A DNA stretch of 64,000 nucleotides from Thermodesulfobacteriota bacterium (GCA_964291405.2 OZ219926.1:1792001-1856000); one strand, 5' to 3'. Shown: positions 29,809 to 39,563, counted from the stretch's first letter. The notes: generated by a model not told the origin, from the sequence alone. Translations and numbers: made by a program.

Positions 29809-30909
29809 CTAAGCCATACTCACAATCGCTCGTCCAATAATCTCACCACGACTCAAGGCCGCATAGGCTTCATCCGCCTGTTCCAGGCCGTAACGCCGCG
29901 TAATAGGTTGAGACACATTCACCTGCCCCTGGGCTGCCAAGGCCAAGACCTCGGGCAGGTCGGTGCGGACACGACTGCCGTAGGAGCCCATAAGCTGAAT
30001 GCCACGGCGGACCAGACGGGTAATCTCGATGCCCGCAGTTGTCGTGCCTGGGGCAATACCGATCACCACGACCCGCCCCCCATCGCGGGTCATCATGAAC
30101 GCGTTCACCACGGTCTCCGGTCGTCCCAAGGCTTCAATGGCTACGTCCACCCCCTGGCCGTTGGTGGCATTGTTCACGGCTGCGACGGGCTCTTCCTGAC
30201 TGGCATTCACGGTATGGGTTGCGCCCAGGGCCTGGGCCGCTTCCAACTTATCGTCACGTACATCAACCGCGATAATCTGGCCGGCCCCAAAAGCCTTGGC
30301 GACCTGAACAACATTTGACCCCACACCGCCTGCACCGACGATGGCCACGCTATCGCTCGGTTGGACTCGCGCCTGATTCTTCACCGCACCATAGGCTGTC
30401 ATCATGGCACAACCGAGAATGCACGCATCGGTCAGGGACACATTGGCAGGAGCGGGAAAGACATCGCTGGCTGGAACAACCGCGTACTCAGCGAGGCCAC
30501 CCATACTATACATCGCCAGGGGCGAACCATCGGAACGAGAGAGACGACTCTCCCCATCGTAGAGCGTCCCCTTCAGACGGTTCAGGGCGAAGAAGATTTC
30601 ACACAGATCGTCCCGACCCTGCACACAGTACGAGCACACTCCACACGGCATGATAAAGCTACACACCACGTTCTCTCCGGTCCGTGTCGTTTGCACCTCG
30701 GGACCGACCTCCTCAACAATGCCAGAGATCTCGTGTCCCAGTACACACGGCACCGGGAACTTCACTTCACCCTTCATCACATGCAGGTCGGTATGACACA
30801 CACCACACGCGGCGACTTTGACCAATACTTCACCAGCCTTGGGACGGGGTTGCGGAATATCCTCAATAACCAACGGGCCACCAACTTCCGACAGGACTGC
30901 AGCTTTCAT
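29809..30909 (-). CDS. Zinc-dependent alcohol dehydrogenase
   Basis: CGVCHTD, GHE, CGVCSYC..C and GAGGVG. Confidence 0.92.
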   Translation of the reverse strand: MKAAVLSEVGGPLVIEDIPQPRPKAGEVLVKVAACGVCHTDLHVMKGEVKFPVPCVLGHEISGIVEEVGPEVQTTRTGENVVCSFIMPCGVCSYCVQGRDDLCEIFFALNRLKGTLYDGESRLSRSDGSPLAMYSMGGLAEYAVVPASDVFPAPANVSLTDACILGCAMMTAYGAVKNQARVQPSDSVAIVGAGGVGSNVVQVAKAFGAGQIIAVDVRDDKLEAAQALGATHTVNASQEEPVAAVNNATNGQGVDVAIEALGRPETVVNAFMMTRDGGRVVVIGIAPGTTTAGIEITRLVRRGIQLMGSYGSRVRTDLPEVLALAAQGQVNVSQPITRRYGLEQADEAYAALSRGEIIGRAIVSMA

Positions 30910-31007
30910 CTGGAGATTCCTCCTTATACGCCTGAGTATCCTATGCCGCGTTGACATTTTCGCCAAGGCATTTCTATTATTCAAAACGAGAGAGAGGGAG
31001 GTTCGTC

Positions 31008-32273
31008 ATGAAGACCGACCGTTTCGGGAACCCATTTGCCGAGGCTCTGCCGTACGCCCGAGGGGCTATCCTGACCAGTACGGAGGATGATTTCCGCAAA
31101 CTTCAGCAGGCGGGCCGGATTGTCCGACGCCGCATCGGTGAGAATGGTCCCGAGGCAATTTTCAATTTTACCGGGCTCGAACATGGCCTGCCGCTCAGCG
31201 GCGAGGATATCCTGTTTGCCCACGATGAAATCGCGCCCGCGCTGTATACGGAGCAGCTCCGCCGGCTGACGCTGGAGCACCTCGGCGGGTCTCCGGATCG
31301 TCACGACGTCATGCTCTTTAATCGACTCACCGCTGCCACATTGGCGACCCATCTCGTACTGGTGAAACCGGGCGCTGTCGTCATCGGGGTGTCAGCCAGC
31401 CATAGTCATCCGTCCGTCATTCGGGCGGCCGCACATGTCGGCGCGCGCCTCGTGGATACCAAAGGTGTAGAGGAGTTTACTGCGGTGCTGGAGCGAGAAA
31501 GAGAAGTCGCCCTGGTTGTGCTCACTCGCTTAGCGGTGACCTATGAGGCACTGTCCGTTGAAGCGTTGCAGCAGATCGTCCGTCTGGCTCACGAGCGGGA
31601 TATCCTCGTGTATGCGGATGAGGCTGGTGGGGCGCGGGTCGGTCCCGCTATCCTAGAGCAGCCCAAGATGCTCGAACTCGGCGTAGACCTGGGCGCGACC
31701 GGGCTTGATAAGTATGGCACCAGCGGCCCACGGGTTGGATTGATGGCGGGCGAGCAGCAGCTTGTTGCCCGCATCCGGGCGCGTGCCTGGGAGTTTGGGC
31801 TTGAGGCCCGCCCCCTGCTGTATCCGGCAGTCATCCGCTCGCTGGAAGCCTACACACCGGGACGTGTGCAAGCCCTGGTTGATAGCACGAAACAGGTCGC
31901 AACCGCTCTGCGGACTCTCTTGGGGAGCCGTATACACGAAACGCCCGTGATCGCCGAGCTGCCGGCAGACGATATACTCGAACTGGTCCTGGAGCGGGCC
32001 GGTCTGAGCGCGGTCCCGCAGGCACCGATTGTTCCGTACGAGGCGGCTGCCGCGTTGGCTATGCTGCTCTTGCGGGATTATGGCATTCTGGCGGTTCATT
32101 TCGCCGCCCTGCCACCCGGTACGGCCGATTTCCTGTTCAAGTTTATGCCGCCAGACACGGTAGAGCGATTCGGCGGGCCGGATGCTTTCGCCCAGGCTAT
32201 TGATGCCTCACTGCACAAGCTGGCGGGCCTGGTCACCCGGCCCGAACATATGCGGCAACTCTTGTTCGGTTAA
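31008..32273 (+). CDS. SelA-like PLP-dependent enzyme (MJ0158/UPF0425-like)
   Basis: FNFTGL, FNRLTAA, SHPSV, DEAGGAR, GLDKY (PLP Lys) and GPRVGL. Confidence 0.7.
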   Translation: MKTDRFGNPFAEALPYARGAILTSTEDDFRKLQQAGRIVRRRIGENGPEAIFNFTGLEHGLPLSGEDILFAHDEIAPALYTEQLRRLTLEHLGGSPDRHDVMLFNRLTAATLATHLVLVKPGAVVIGVSASHSHPSVIRAAAHVGARLVDTKGVEEFTAVLEREREVALVVLTRLAVTYEALSVEALQQIVRLAHERDILVYADEAGGARVGPAILEQPKMLELGVDLGATGLDKYGTSGPRVGLMAGEQQLVARIRARAWEFGLEARPLLYPAVIRSLEAYTPGRVQALVDSTKQVATALRTLLGSRIHETPVIAELPADDILELVLERAGLSAVPQAPIVPYEAAAALAMLLLRDYGILAVHFAALPPGTADFLFKFMPPDTVERFGGPDAFAQAIDASLHKLAGLVTRPEHMRQLLFG

Positions 32274-32326
32274 CACTCCAGCAGGCAAACAACACCGCGC
32301 TCATTGGCCTAATGGGCCGCCACCCC

Positions 32327-32416
32327 TCAAAACGGCTCCAACTGATCCGCGGTCTTTTTCCTCCGGGGCGGCGCCTGACTCCGGCGACGTTCGAGCAGTT
32401 GTTCCTTAATATCGGC
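32327..32416 (-). repeat. Displaced 90-bp copy of the 3' end of the EndoQ-UvrD gene (left island boundary)
   Basis: Ungapped match to 36399-36488 with 16 mismatches by hand count; encodes ADIKEQLLERRRSQAPPRRKKTADQLEPF*. Confidence 0.9.
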
Positions 32417-32550
32417 CTATGGGCTTGGCCGATGCCTCTCTTGTGTGCTTGGCAGACTAGCTCGGAATACGAGATATCTTTACGCTTGACCGAAACGACT
32501 TTCAGACTTATCGACTGCACGGCCTGCGTACGTTTCATCTCTGACCGTAA
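32410..32550 (+). pseudogene. PIN-domain (VapC) toxin C-terminal remnant
   Basis: RPMGLADASLVCLAD*LGIRDIFTLDRNDFQTYRLHG, matching the PIN ADASLV...IFTLD..DF motif; in-frame TAG at 32458. Confidence 0.75.
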
Positions 32551-32626
32551 TTTGACGGCTTAGAAACTGAACCAACCAATCAAGCCCCTTTACCTAAATC
32601 GTTTCTGGGATAGCATCCCTCTTGCC

Positions 32627-34195
32627 TTACCCAGATTCTTCTGCGGTTGCAGGAGGCGGTGCACTGCTTGCAGCTTCACAGCCCGTAGTAGATACATTAT
32701 TTAAGATTTCTTTAAGCCTTTCCAGATAGGTCGGATGTGATTCTTTGCCAAGGGCTTCTATGGCTTCTTTATTGTCTTCATTTACCTTAGAGAAGGCAGC
32801 GATGGCGGCTCGGGTTCTTCGACCAAAGTCACCGTCGATATTAGTTTTTCCATCTTTACGGGTTTGCGCCAGACATCCCATGTCGACGAGGCGTTGCTGG
32901 ACCTGGCTTACCTCATTGGATTCTTTCGGTTCGAATTTTGGCTCAATGTGAACCAACAGAGTTGCTCGCCCTCTACCAGAATCTTTGAGGCTCAAAGTAT
33001 AAGTCTCACGCTTGGCTTGGGCGGTCACGGTTATCTCCACCTCAGCATCGTCTGCGCTACCATAGTCATGATTCACGGGCTGGAGACTGACATCCACCCC
33101 AGGTGTCTGACCTATCCACCGAGCCGAGTAGGGAGGCACGCCACCGCTCAGATAGATTTTTGTGAGACGGTCAGGCGTCGCCGCACTGATATGGACACTA
33201 GAGGCTGGATCGACGCGAAACGTTAGGCCAGCCGAGGTTGCGTCAATCTGACTACATGCTTCGATTTGTTCACTATCTGGACCGGTATCGAGTCCAATCA
33301 GCATCTGTTCAATGACGGCGGTCTGCTCTTTAACGGCGTCAGCAGCATCTCGCAATGGGTTTAATATATGATCACTAAGTTTTGTTGTTAGCTCTCCGGG
33401 GGCGTCCAAAGGTTGGCCGGTGATCAGACCAGCCTGGATAGGAATAGTTTTAGACAACGTGGCGACGAGACTCGCTACATCCGGTTCGGATTCGGTTAGT
33501 GCTTTAGTGACTTTTGACCGGATGAGGTGAACCGCATCGTACAACGTGACGGCGGCTCGTTTCCGTAACGTTTTGACTGTACCACCTTTTTCCAGAGCTG
33601 CCTCAGCGTTACTGAAAATGATTCCTGCCCGGACAACGTCAGGACTCTCATCTCCCCGTTTCTTTTTGGCAATGTCAAGCTTCGTTTTCAGATCTGGTAA
33701 GGCATTGCGGAGTGTCGTCATTTTCATGTCTAGGTCACGATCGAAACCCGTACTATCTATAGCCCGTACGGGTCCGAATACTGTCAGGGTGCAGGTAAGA
33801 GCGTCGATACCAGCTTGATAAGCAAGCAGCTTTGGCCGCCCGTGTAGCCAATTACGCAGACTGTAGAGCCCAGCCCCACCGACGCCGAGGCCTGTGATAG
33901 CATCCGAGCTCCCGTTAGTAATACCTAGAACGAGTGCGGCTGCGGTTGATCCAATAAGAGTAGATCCTACCGCTCGGTTAAAGCCAGTGTGCTCGCGAAT
34001 GGCTTGATAATAGACCCCTCGGGTATCTTCGGCATATTTCACCGCATTCGTTAACGATTTGGTTTCCCTGAAGAGGTCATCCTTAGGCTCGACATATGGG
34101 TCCACGACAGCCATACACGAGGCTAAGACACACAGGAGTATTGCGAAAGCAATGAAGCTAGCAGTACAGTTGAACCAACGGGTATACATGTACAC
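32627..34195 (-). CDS. Lipoprotein with Gly-rich hydrophobic hairpin, helical region, Ig-like segment and C-terminal PG-binding domain
   Basis: Lipobox LASC; SGGVPPYS Ig-like motif; VSQVQQRLVDMG...IDGDFGRRTRAAIAAF. Confidence 0.7.
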   Translation of the reverse strand: MYMYTRWFNCTASFIAFAILLCVLASCMAVVDPYVEPKDDLFRETKSLTNAVKYAEDTRGVYYQAIREHTGFNRAVGSTLIGSTAAALVLGITNGSSDAITGLGVGGAGLYSLRNWLHGRPKLLAYQAGIDALTCTLTVFGPVRAIDSTGFDRDLDMKMTTLRNALPDLKTKLDIAKKKRGDESPDVVRAGIIFSNAEAALEKGGTVKTLRKRAAVTLYDAVHLIRSKVTKALTESEPDVASLVATLSKTIPIQAGLITGQPLDAPGELTTKLSDHILNPLRDAADAVKEQTAVIEQMLIGLDTGPDSEQIEACSQIDATSAGLTFRVDPASSVHISAATPDRLTKIYLSGGVPPYSARWIGQTPGVDVSLQPVNHDYGSADDAEVEITVTAQAKRETYTLSLKDSGRGRATLLVHIEPKFEPKESNEVSQVQQRLVDMGCLAQTRKDGKTNIDGDFGRRTRAAIAAFSKVNEDNKEAIEALGKESHPTYLERLKEILNNVSTTGCEAASSAPPPATAEESG

Positions 34196-34211
34196 TTCCC
34201 CTGCTGAGCTA

Positions 34212-35279
34212 TCAGGCGACTAGGGTTTGCAAAGCGTTTTTACGTTCTGCGTCGAAGCGATTCTGAACGGCCTTTTTCTCTCGTACAGTAGAACTCGTAA
34301 AGTAAATGTCGACTTTAGAGCGTTCATCGTAGATAGCATTAATAAGAGCTCTGTCAGAAGCCTGAAGGGCAGGACTTAAGGTATTAAGCGCACGGGTAAA
34401 AATATGGACACTACGAGGTCCGTGCTGGACACTGACCGACCAAGCCACATCGCGCAGGACTTTGGACCGTGTCGCGATATCAAAGCCATGGTGTCTGGAC
34501 AATGTGTTCACAAAGACGTCGTAGTGAGTAGCCTTGATATAGTCGTGTTGGGCTGTAGAGAAGGCAGGATCAGTGGCCAGTTCCTTCCACGCGGCTTGAA
34601 AGCTCGGGGTACCCGCACGCGCTTGGGCGTCACCGCCCGCGGCTTCAAGTTCGTCCGCAAAGGTCTGGTAAGCCATTCGTGTTTTAAGAAAGTCAATAAA
34701 GTCGCGGATTCGACGCTTATTGGAAGCCAGTTGGTAGAGGCCATAGGACCATCCTCCGTTTTTGTCACGGCCAATGGCAGCAGGATTTCCTCTAGATTCA
34801 TACCGGCGTGATAAGATTCCTAATTCTTCTTTGGGAGCGTGAATTAAATCGCCGGGTTTGAGGACGCAATTGCCATAGGCGGCTTTCTCAAAGGCAACCC
34901 CCATTTCCTGAGGCTCACACTTCCCTTGCCTAAAGAGTGCCCAATGAACCAGTTCGTGGAGGATGGTGGCTTCAATAAGTTTCTGTTTGTTTACATTGGT
35001 AGAGTCTTGCTCAAAATCATTAACCAATTTTTTGCCAAGATTGATAGTGTCGGGCAGACTCTCATCAAATTGACCATAAGACCCTTTTAGATCGTATATA
35101 AACAGCCGGGGACAGGTTCCAAATAGGAGAGCATTGCGGGCCGTTTCTTGGGGATACTGAGTGTGGCCTAAGAATGCCTCCCAGACTTGGGTTTTAGATT
35201 CGATCTGCGGCAATTCGGTTTTGACCCAGCTAGTCAATATTCGATAAGATTTTTGTTGGACCCCTAGTATCTTGACCAT
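34212..35279 (-). CDS. HExxH metallopeptidase fused to a lysozyme-like (VgrG3-C-like) domain
   Basis: ATILHELVHW...EMGVAFEKAAYG; LSRRYES.G...GGWSYGLYQL; WSVSVQHG; IYDER; NRFDAE. Confidence 0.72.
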   Translation of the reverse strand: MVKILGVQQKSYRILTSWVKTELPQIESKTQVWEAFLGHTQYPQETARNALLFGTCPRLFIYDLKGSYGQFDESLPDTINLGKKLVNDFEQDSTNVNKQKLIEATILHELVHWALFRQGKCEPQEMGVAFEKAAYGNCVLKPGDLIHAPKEELGILSRRYESRGNPAAIGRDKNGGWSYGLYQLASNKRRIRDFIDFLKTRMAYQTFADELEAAGGDAQARAGTPSFQAAWKELATDPAFSTAQHDYIKATHYDVFVNTLSRHHGFDIATRSKVLRDVAWSVSVQHGPRSVHIFTRALNTLSPALQASDRALINAIYDERSKVDIYFTSSTVREKKAVQNRFDAERKNALQTLVA

Positions 35280-35375
35280 AGATACTTTCTCCTTTTTATG
35301 TTGATGACATCAACTATCCGTTCTGCCTTCCTCCTGCGTAATACAAATAATCTACACCTGTGGGCTGCTCTGCGA

Positions 35376-36311
35376 TTAGAGTCGGACTTTTGACGCACGC
35401 GCGTCTTCCAAAAGATCCAGGAGTTTCGGCCAAAAGTCTGGGGCGGCCTCGTCTCCTAATGTTGCGGTACGATCCTCCCCAACAATGTCTTCTGTAGTAA
35501 GAAAGCGTTCGATAGCCTCACGCGTCTTCGGACCGAGGAATCCATCGTCCAAACGTCGCCCATCTTCGCTCACAGGGGGCAAGTAGTTGAGCGTAATGAG
35601 ATGGGTTTGTACCTGTTGGATAGTGTGGTCTGAGCCTAAGGGGTGTTCGTCCGTATCGAGATTGTCACTCCTCGATTGAAGTGGCTCGATCTGTGGGCTT
35701 ACCTTGGAGCCAATCTCGTCTTCGCGTATCACCGGTTTGCTAGGCATAAACAAGTTATCAATCAAATCGCTGAGTTTGTCCGCAACTTGCCTGGAGAATA
35801 GTCCACTTAACCCTGCAAGAAGGATTACGAAATAGATGTGTGAAGGAATATTGAGTTCTAACTCTCCAAACACGCCAGCCCGGACTGCAACATAGACAAG
35901 CAAGGCTAACATCGTCCCGATTGGAATACGTACATAGAGCCACCACAACCAACTACGCACGAGCTGACGGTTGCCTGCAAATGTAGCAAACGATGTCATA
36001 GTATGAATGGCACTGCCTGTCGCTCCGGCGAGCACCACCAGCAGAAGCAACTGGCTTGGCGAGATGCAGTCGCTCAAACATGTTTCCGTCGTAGTTTGTT
36101 GAGCACCAACGGTTGGTAGAAACCACAGTAGGAGTCCCAGGATTACACCAGAGATGAGCATCAATGGAACCCCATATTTCCAGTAATCTTTGATCGCAAT
36201 ATAGACCCGCTTTGGGCGATACTCATCGACCTCGATGTTAGGCATGCTTAAATTGTCCGAGAAATTCTGCATTATCTGTACTCCTAATGGGATATGAAGA
36301 GTTTCGATCAC
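35376..36311 (-). CDS. Multi-pass membrane protein with C-terminal PG-binding domain
   Basis: About 4 TM (GATGSAIH, WWLYVRIPIG, GLSGLFS); IQQVQTHLITLNY...DDGFLGPKTREAIERF; start uncertain. Confidence 0.7.
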   Translation of the reverse strand: MIETLHIPLGVQIMQNFSDNLSMPNIEVDEYRPKRVYIAIKDYWKYGVPLMLISGVILGLLLWFLPTVGAQQTTTETCLSDCISPSQLLLLVVLAGATGSAIHTMTSFATFAGNRQLVRSWLWWLYVRIPIGTMLALLVYVAVRAGVFGELELNIPSHIYFVILLAGLSGLFSRQVADKLSDLIDNLFMPSKPVIREDEIGSKVSPQIEPLQSRSDNLDTDEHPLGSDHTIQQVQTHLITLNYLPPVSEDGRRLDDGFLGPKTREAIERFLTTEDIVGEDRTATLGDEAAPDFWPKLLDLLEDARASKVRL

Positions 36312-36398
36312 TTATTATTCTTTCGCATTCCAGATCAGTTCCTAGCTGAGAATGGTCTCCTCGAACTCATTATTGTCAACGGGGAAATGCCATCCACC

Positions 36399-39300
36399 TC
36401 AAAACAGCTCCAACTGATCCGCTTTCTTCTTCCCCCGTGCACTCAACTGACTCCGACGACGTTCGAGGAGGTGTTCCTCAATATCGGCTAAATACGGGGA
36501 GGGTGACATGGGTTGCATCATCCCACGCCAGCGGCGTTTCTGTGCATGACACAGATAGAGTTTGGTTTTTGCCCGCGTGACGCCGACGTAGAACAGACGG
36601 CGCTCTTCCTCAAGGTCGGCAGCTTCGGCCTTGCCCCAGGTCAGCGGGAGAATGCCATCTTCACAGCCAACGATAAAAACAACGGGGAATTCCAAACCCT
36701 TGGCGGCGTGGAGGGTGAGTAAGGAAATCCGGTCGGCGCGTGGGTCCCAGGTATCGACCTGCGTTTCGAGCGCAAGGGCGGAGAGAAATCGATCCAGATC
36801 GTCCCCACACTCCTGAGCGACGGGTTGCAGGAGTTCAAGGGCCGCTCTTGTCTCCTCTCCTGCCCCAGTGGCCTCAGTTTTTTCACACGCGGCTTCAAGC
36901 CGCGCAACCAGAGTACCGTCGCCGGGCTGTTCGCGCAGAGTGTCGATCAGTATCGCCATACCAGGATGGTCGAGCAGCCGCGTATGGGCGTGTTTCTGAA
37001 ACGGCATACCCGAACGGTGGAGGGCTTCAACAACCGCCTCTGCTTGGGCTTCGGTTCGGTACAGCACGACGATGTCAGAAAAGGAGACGGCCCGGTCTTC
37101 GGCGTCTCGGGATCGACCGCTATCGATCGAAAAGAAGCTGTGTCCACCCAGCAGCGTTTCGATTGAGTGCACGACGAACTCGGCCTCGGCCTTCTCCGTC
37201 CGCGCCTCATGCAGCGTGATTAAACTTGGGGTGTCGGCAAGAACCGGAGTGGATTTCTGCTCAGACCCGGACGGTGCAATGACCTGGGAAGAGAGATGGA
37301 CGATGTTACTGTCAGACCGATAATTCCGCGTCAGGCGGACTACCTGCGTACCGGGGAAATCAGTAGTGAACTGGGCGAAGAAACGGACGTCCGCCCCACG
37401 GAAACGATAGATCGCCTGATCCGGATCGCCAATCGCACAGATGTTACCGTCGGACGGCACGAGCAGCTTGATGAGACGGGCCTGCTGCTCGTCCACGTCC
37501 TGATATTCGTCAATACACACCCATTGGTAGCGCTCACGATAGACGTCACGCAGGCCGGAGTCGGCCTCGAAGGCCTGGATCGTGCGGCCAATCAGATCAT
37601 CGAAGTCGACCAGATTCCGCGCGTCCAATTCCCGTTGGTATCGGTGATAGACTTCGGCCTGCCGAGCCTCAGCCGGCGCCTGTCCCGTTCGTTTTGCCAC
37701 CGAAATGGCTGACAGCAGGCTGCGTGTCCGGCGAGCCGAGACGCCAAGTGTTTCGCGCAGCAGATGTTGACGCTCCGCGTCTGACGCGACCCGAAAGCCC
37801 CGTTGGAGACCTGCCGCGTTCCAATGTTCCTGGAGAACGGACAGGCCCAAAGCGTGAAATGTAAAAAGCGGAATCGTATCGGCAACAGCGGGCAGAAGAC
37901 GGTGTAAGCGTTCGCGCATTTCGTCCGCAGCTCGGCGGGTAAACGTGATGGCCAAGCAGTGTTCGGGACGGACGCGGTGGGTGCGGATGAGATGGGCGAT
38001 ACGATGTGTGAGAGTGCGCGTTTTTCCAGAACCCGGTCCGGCAACAATCAGCAGCGGGCCTGCTATAATCTCGGCGGCCCTCCGCTGGTCGCTATCAAGT
38101 CCGGCTAAGATATCTGCGGACGGCACCGCTGTTGTATCGTCTGAAGGTGCAGGAGACACGCTGGGAGTATGGGTTAGTGCAGCGTCTGCTTTTCGCCGTG
38201 TCGCTCTTCTCTGCTTGGGACTGTCCACTACACGCACATCGGTCGACGTATTTTCCTGCTTGGTCTGGAGTGGGGGCTCCTGTGTGAACAACGACGCGCC
38301 GCTCGTCTTTTGGCGCAGCTCTTCCTCCCGGAACAGCCTGATTGTTCCGTACACACCGTCATAACCAGCTTCGCGGATCACTTCTTGTTTGCGCAGTCGG
38401 GAGATGGCTTCCGCAATAAGCGTGTCTCCGCCTTTCCGAATCTCTTCTAGCGGAATATCGTTGATCAATTGCAGTTCGGGCCCAAGGTGGTTGAGTAAGC
38501 CCTCGTAGTAGTGGCCCACCTTTTTACTCTTCGGACCTACATGCAGAATCTCGGATAACATCTCGGGGAGAGGAACAAGGCTCTGGACCGCGCCGGCAGT
38601 CTCGGGCTGAGTGTCGTCTTCACGGTCGGCCAAATCGTCCACCCGGTGCATCACGCCCACCGTCAGCGGCTTGCCACACGCAGGACAACGGCCCTCAAAT
38701 TGTTTGGTCTGGTGCGGTAGGAGGCGGACCAGACAATTTCGATGCCCGTCCAGGTGGTATTTGCCCTCTTCAGGAAAAAACTCGATCGTGCCCTGATACC
38801 CCTGTCCGGTCTCCAGGGCGCGACGGATCGAGAAATAGTCAAGCTCCGTATCAAACACACAGGCTTCGCGCCCGAGCTTCTCCGGCGAGTGTGCATCGGA
38901 GTTTGACACCAACCGGAAGCGATCTAGAGACGACACCCGCCAGTTCATCTCCGGGTCCGACGACAAGCCCGTCTCCACCGCAAAGATATGGGGAGCCAGG
39001 TCAGCGTAACACTCGTCTATGGCATCAAAACCGGACTTTGAGCCCAGCGCGGCAAACCACGGTGTCCAGATATGGGCCGGGACGAGATACGAGCCAGGGT
39101 CCGACTCCAACGTGATTTCCAAGAGGTGGCGGGAGTCCAGCCCCAGGATAGGTCTGCCGTCCGACTTCACATTCCCGATCCTGGACAACCGTTCGGTCAT
39201 CCTTTCCACTGCCGAAAAGTTTGGGGCGTATAACAAATGGTGAATCTTTCGGGTCTTGTCGCCCTTTTTGTAGATCGTCGAGATTTCAACCGAGAGCATG

Positions 39301-39563
39301 AAACGTGTCGTACCCTGGCACGCTGACGGTAGCATCTGGGCGACTTCTTTTTCCAGCTCGGGGCGGAGGCGGAACAGGCCCGGCTCGGCAGGTACCAACT
39401 GCTCCTTGAGTTCGGCCTGCCAGACCGGATGGGTGAAGTCCCCGGTGCCGACGACCGTGATACCCTTTTTCCTGGCCCAGTAGGCAAGATGTTTTAAATC
39501 ACAGTTTTTACTGGTGGCGCGGGAATATTTGGAATGAATGTGCAGATCAGCATAAAAGGCCAT
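36399..39563 (-). CDS. Endonuclease Q-like PHP domain fused to a UvrD/PcrA superfamily-1 helicase
   Basis: ADLHIHSKYSRAT, GTGDFTHP, PAHIWTPW, NSDAHS, GKYHLDGHRNC..CPACG; AGPGSGKT, ITFT, IDEYQD, GDPDQAIY, NYRS, HAAKGLEF and YVGVTRA. Confidence 0.92.
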   Translation of the reverse strand: MAFYADLHIHSKYSRATSKNCDLKHLAYWARKKGITVVGTGDFTHPVWQAELKEQLVPAEPGLFRLRPELEKEVAQMLPSACQGTTRFMLSVEISTIYKKGDKTRKIHHLLYAPNFSAVERMTERLSRIGNVKSDGRPILGLDSRHLLEITLESDPGSYLVPAHIWTPWFAALGSKSGFDAIDECYADLAPHIFAVETGLSSDPEMNWRVSSLDRFRLVSNSDAHSPEKLGREACVFDTELDYFSIRRALETGQGYQGTIEFFPEEGKYHLDGHRNCLVRLLPHQTKQFEGRCPACGKPLTVGVMHRVDDLADREDDTQPETAGAVQSLVPLPEMLSEILHVGPKSKKVGHYYEGLLNHLGPELQLINDIPLEEIRKGGDTLIAEAISRLRKQEVIREAGYDGVYGTIRLFREEELRQKTSGASLFTQEPPLQTKQENTSTDVRVVDSPKQRRATRRKADAALTHTPSVSPAPSDDTTAVPSADILAGLDSDQRRAAEIIAGPLLIVAGPGSGKTRTLTHRIAHLIRTHRVRPEHCLAITFTRRAADEMRERLHRLLPAVADTIPLFTFHALGLSVLQEHWNAAGLQRGFRVASDAERQHLLRETLGVSARRTRSLLSAISVAKRTGQAPAEARQAEVYHRYQRELDARNLVDFDDLIGRTIQAFEADSGLRDVYRERYQWVCIDEYQDVDEQQARLIKLLVPSDGNICAIGDPDQAIYRFRGADVRFFAQFTTDFPGTQVVRLTRNYRSDSNIVHLSSQVIAPSGSEQKSTPVLADTPSLITLHEARTEKAEAEFVVHSIETLLGGHSFFSIDSGRSRDAEDRAVSFSDIVVLYRTEAQAEAVVEALHRSGMPFQKHAHTRLLDHPGMAILIDTLREQPGDGTLVARLEAACEKTEATGAGEETRAALELLQPVAQECGDDLDRFLSALALETQVDTWDPRADRISLLTLHAAKGLEFPVVFIVGCEDGILPLTWGKAEAADLEEERRLFYVGVTRAKTKLYLCHAQKRRWRGMMQPMSPSPYLADIEEHLLERRRSQLSARGKKKADQLELF

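Larger units (their letters stand above)
32417..36398. mobile_element. Horizontally acquired ~4-kb island at the 3' end of the EndoQ-UvrD gene
   Basis: Flanked by diverged direct repeats; visibly AT-richer; vapC relic at the junction; no integrase. Confidence 0.7.

Noticed and set aside
32627-36311. Prophage lysis cassette or T6SS locus
   Set aside because: No phage structural genes or vgrG/hcp/PAAR genes in the window; retained as an unexplained module
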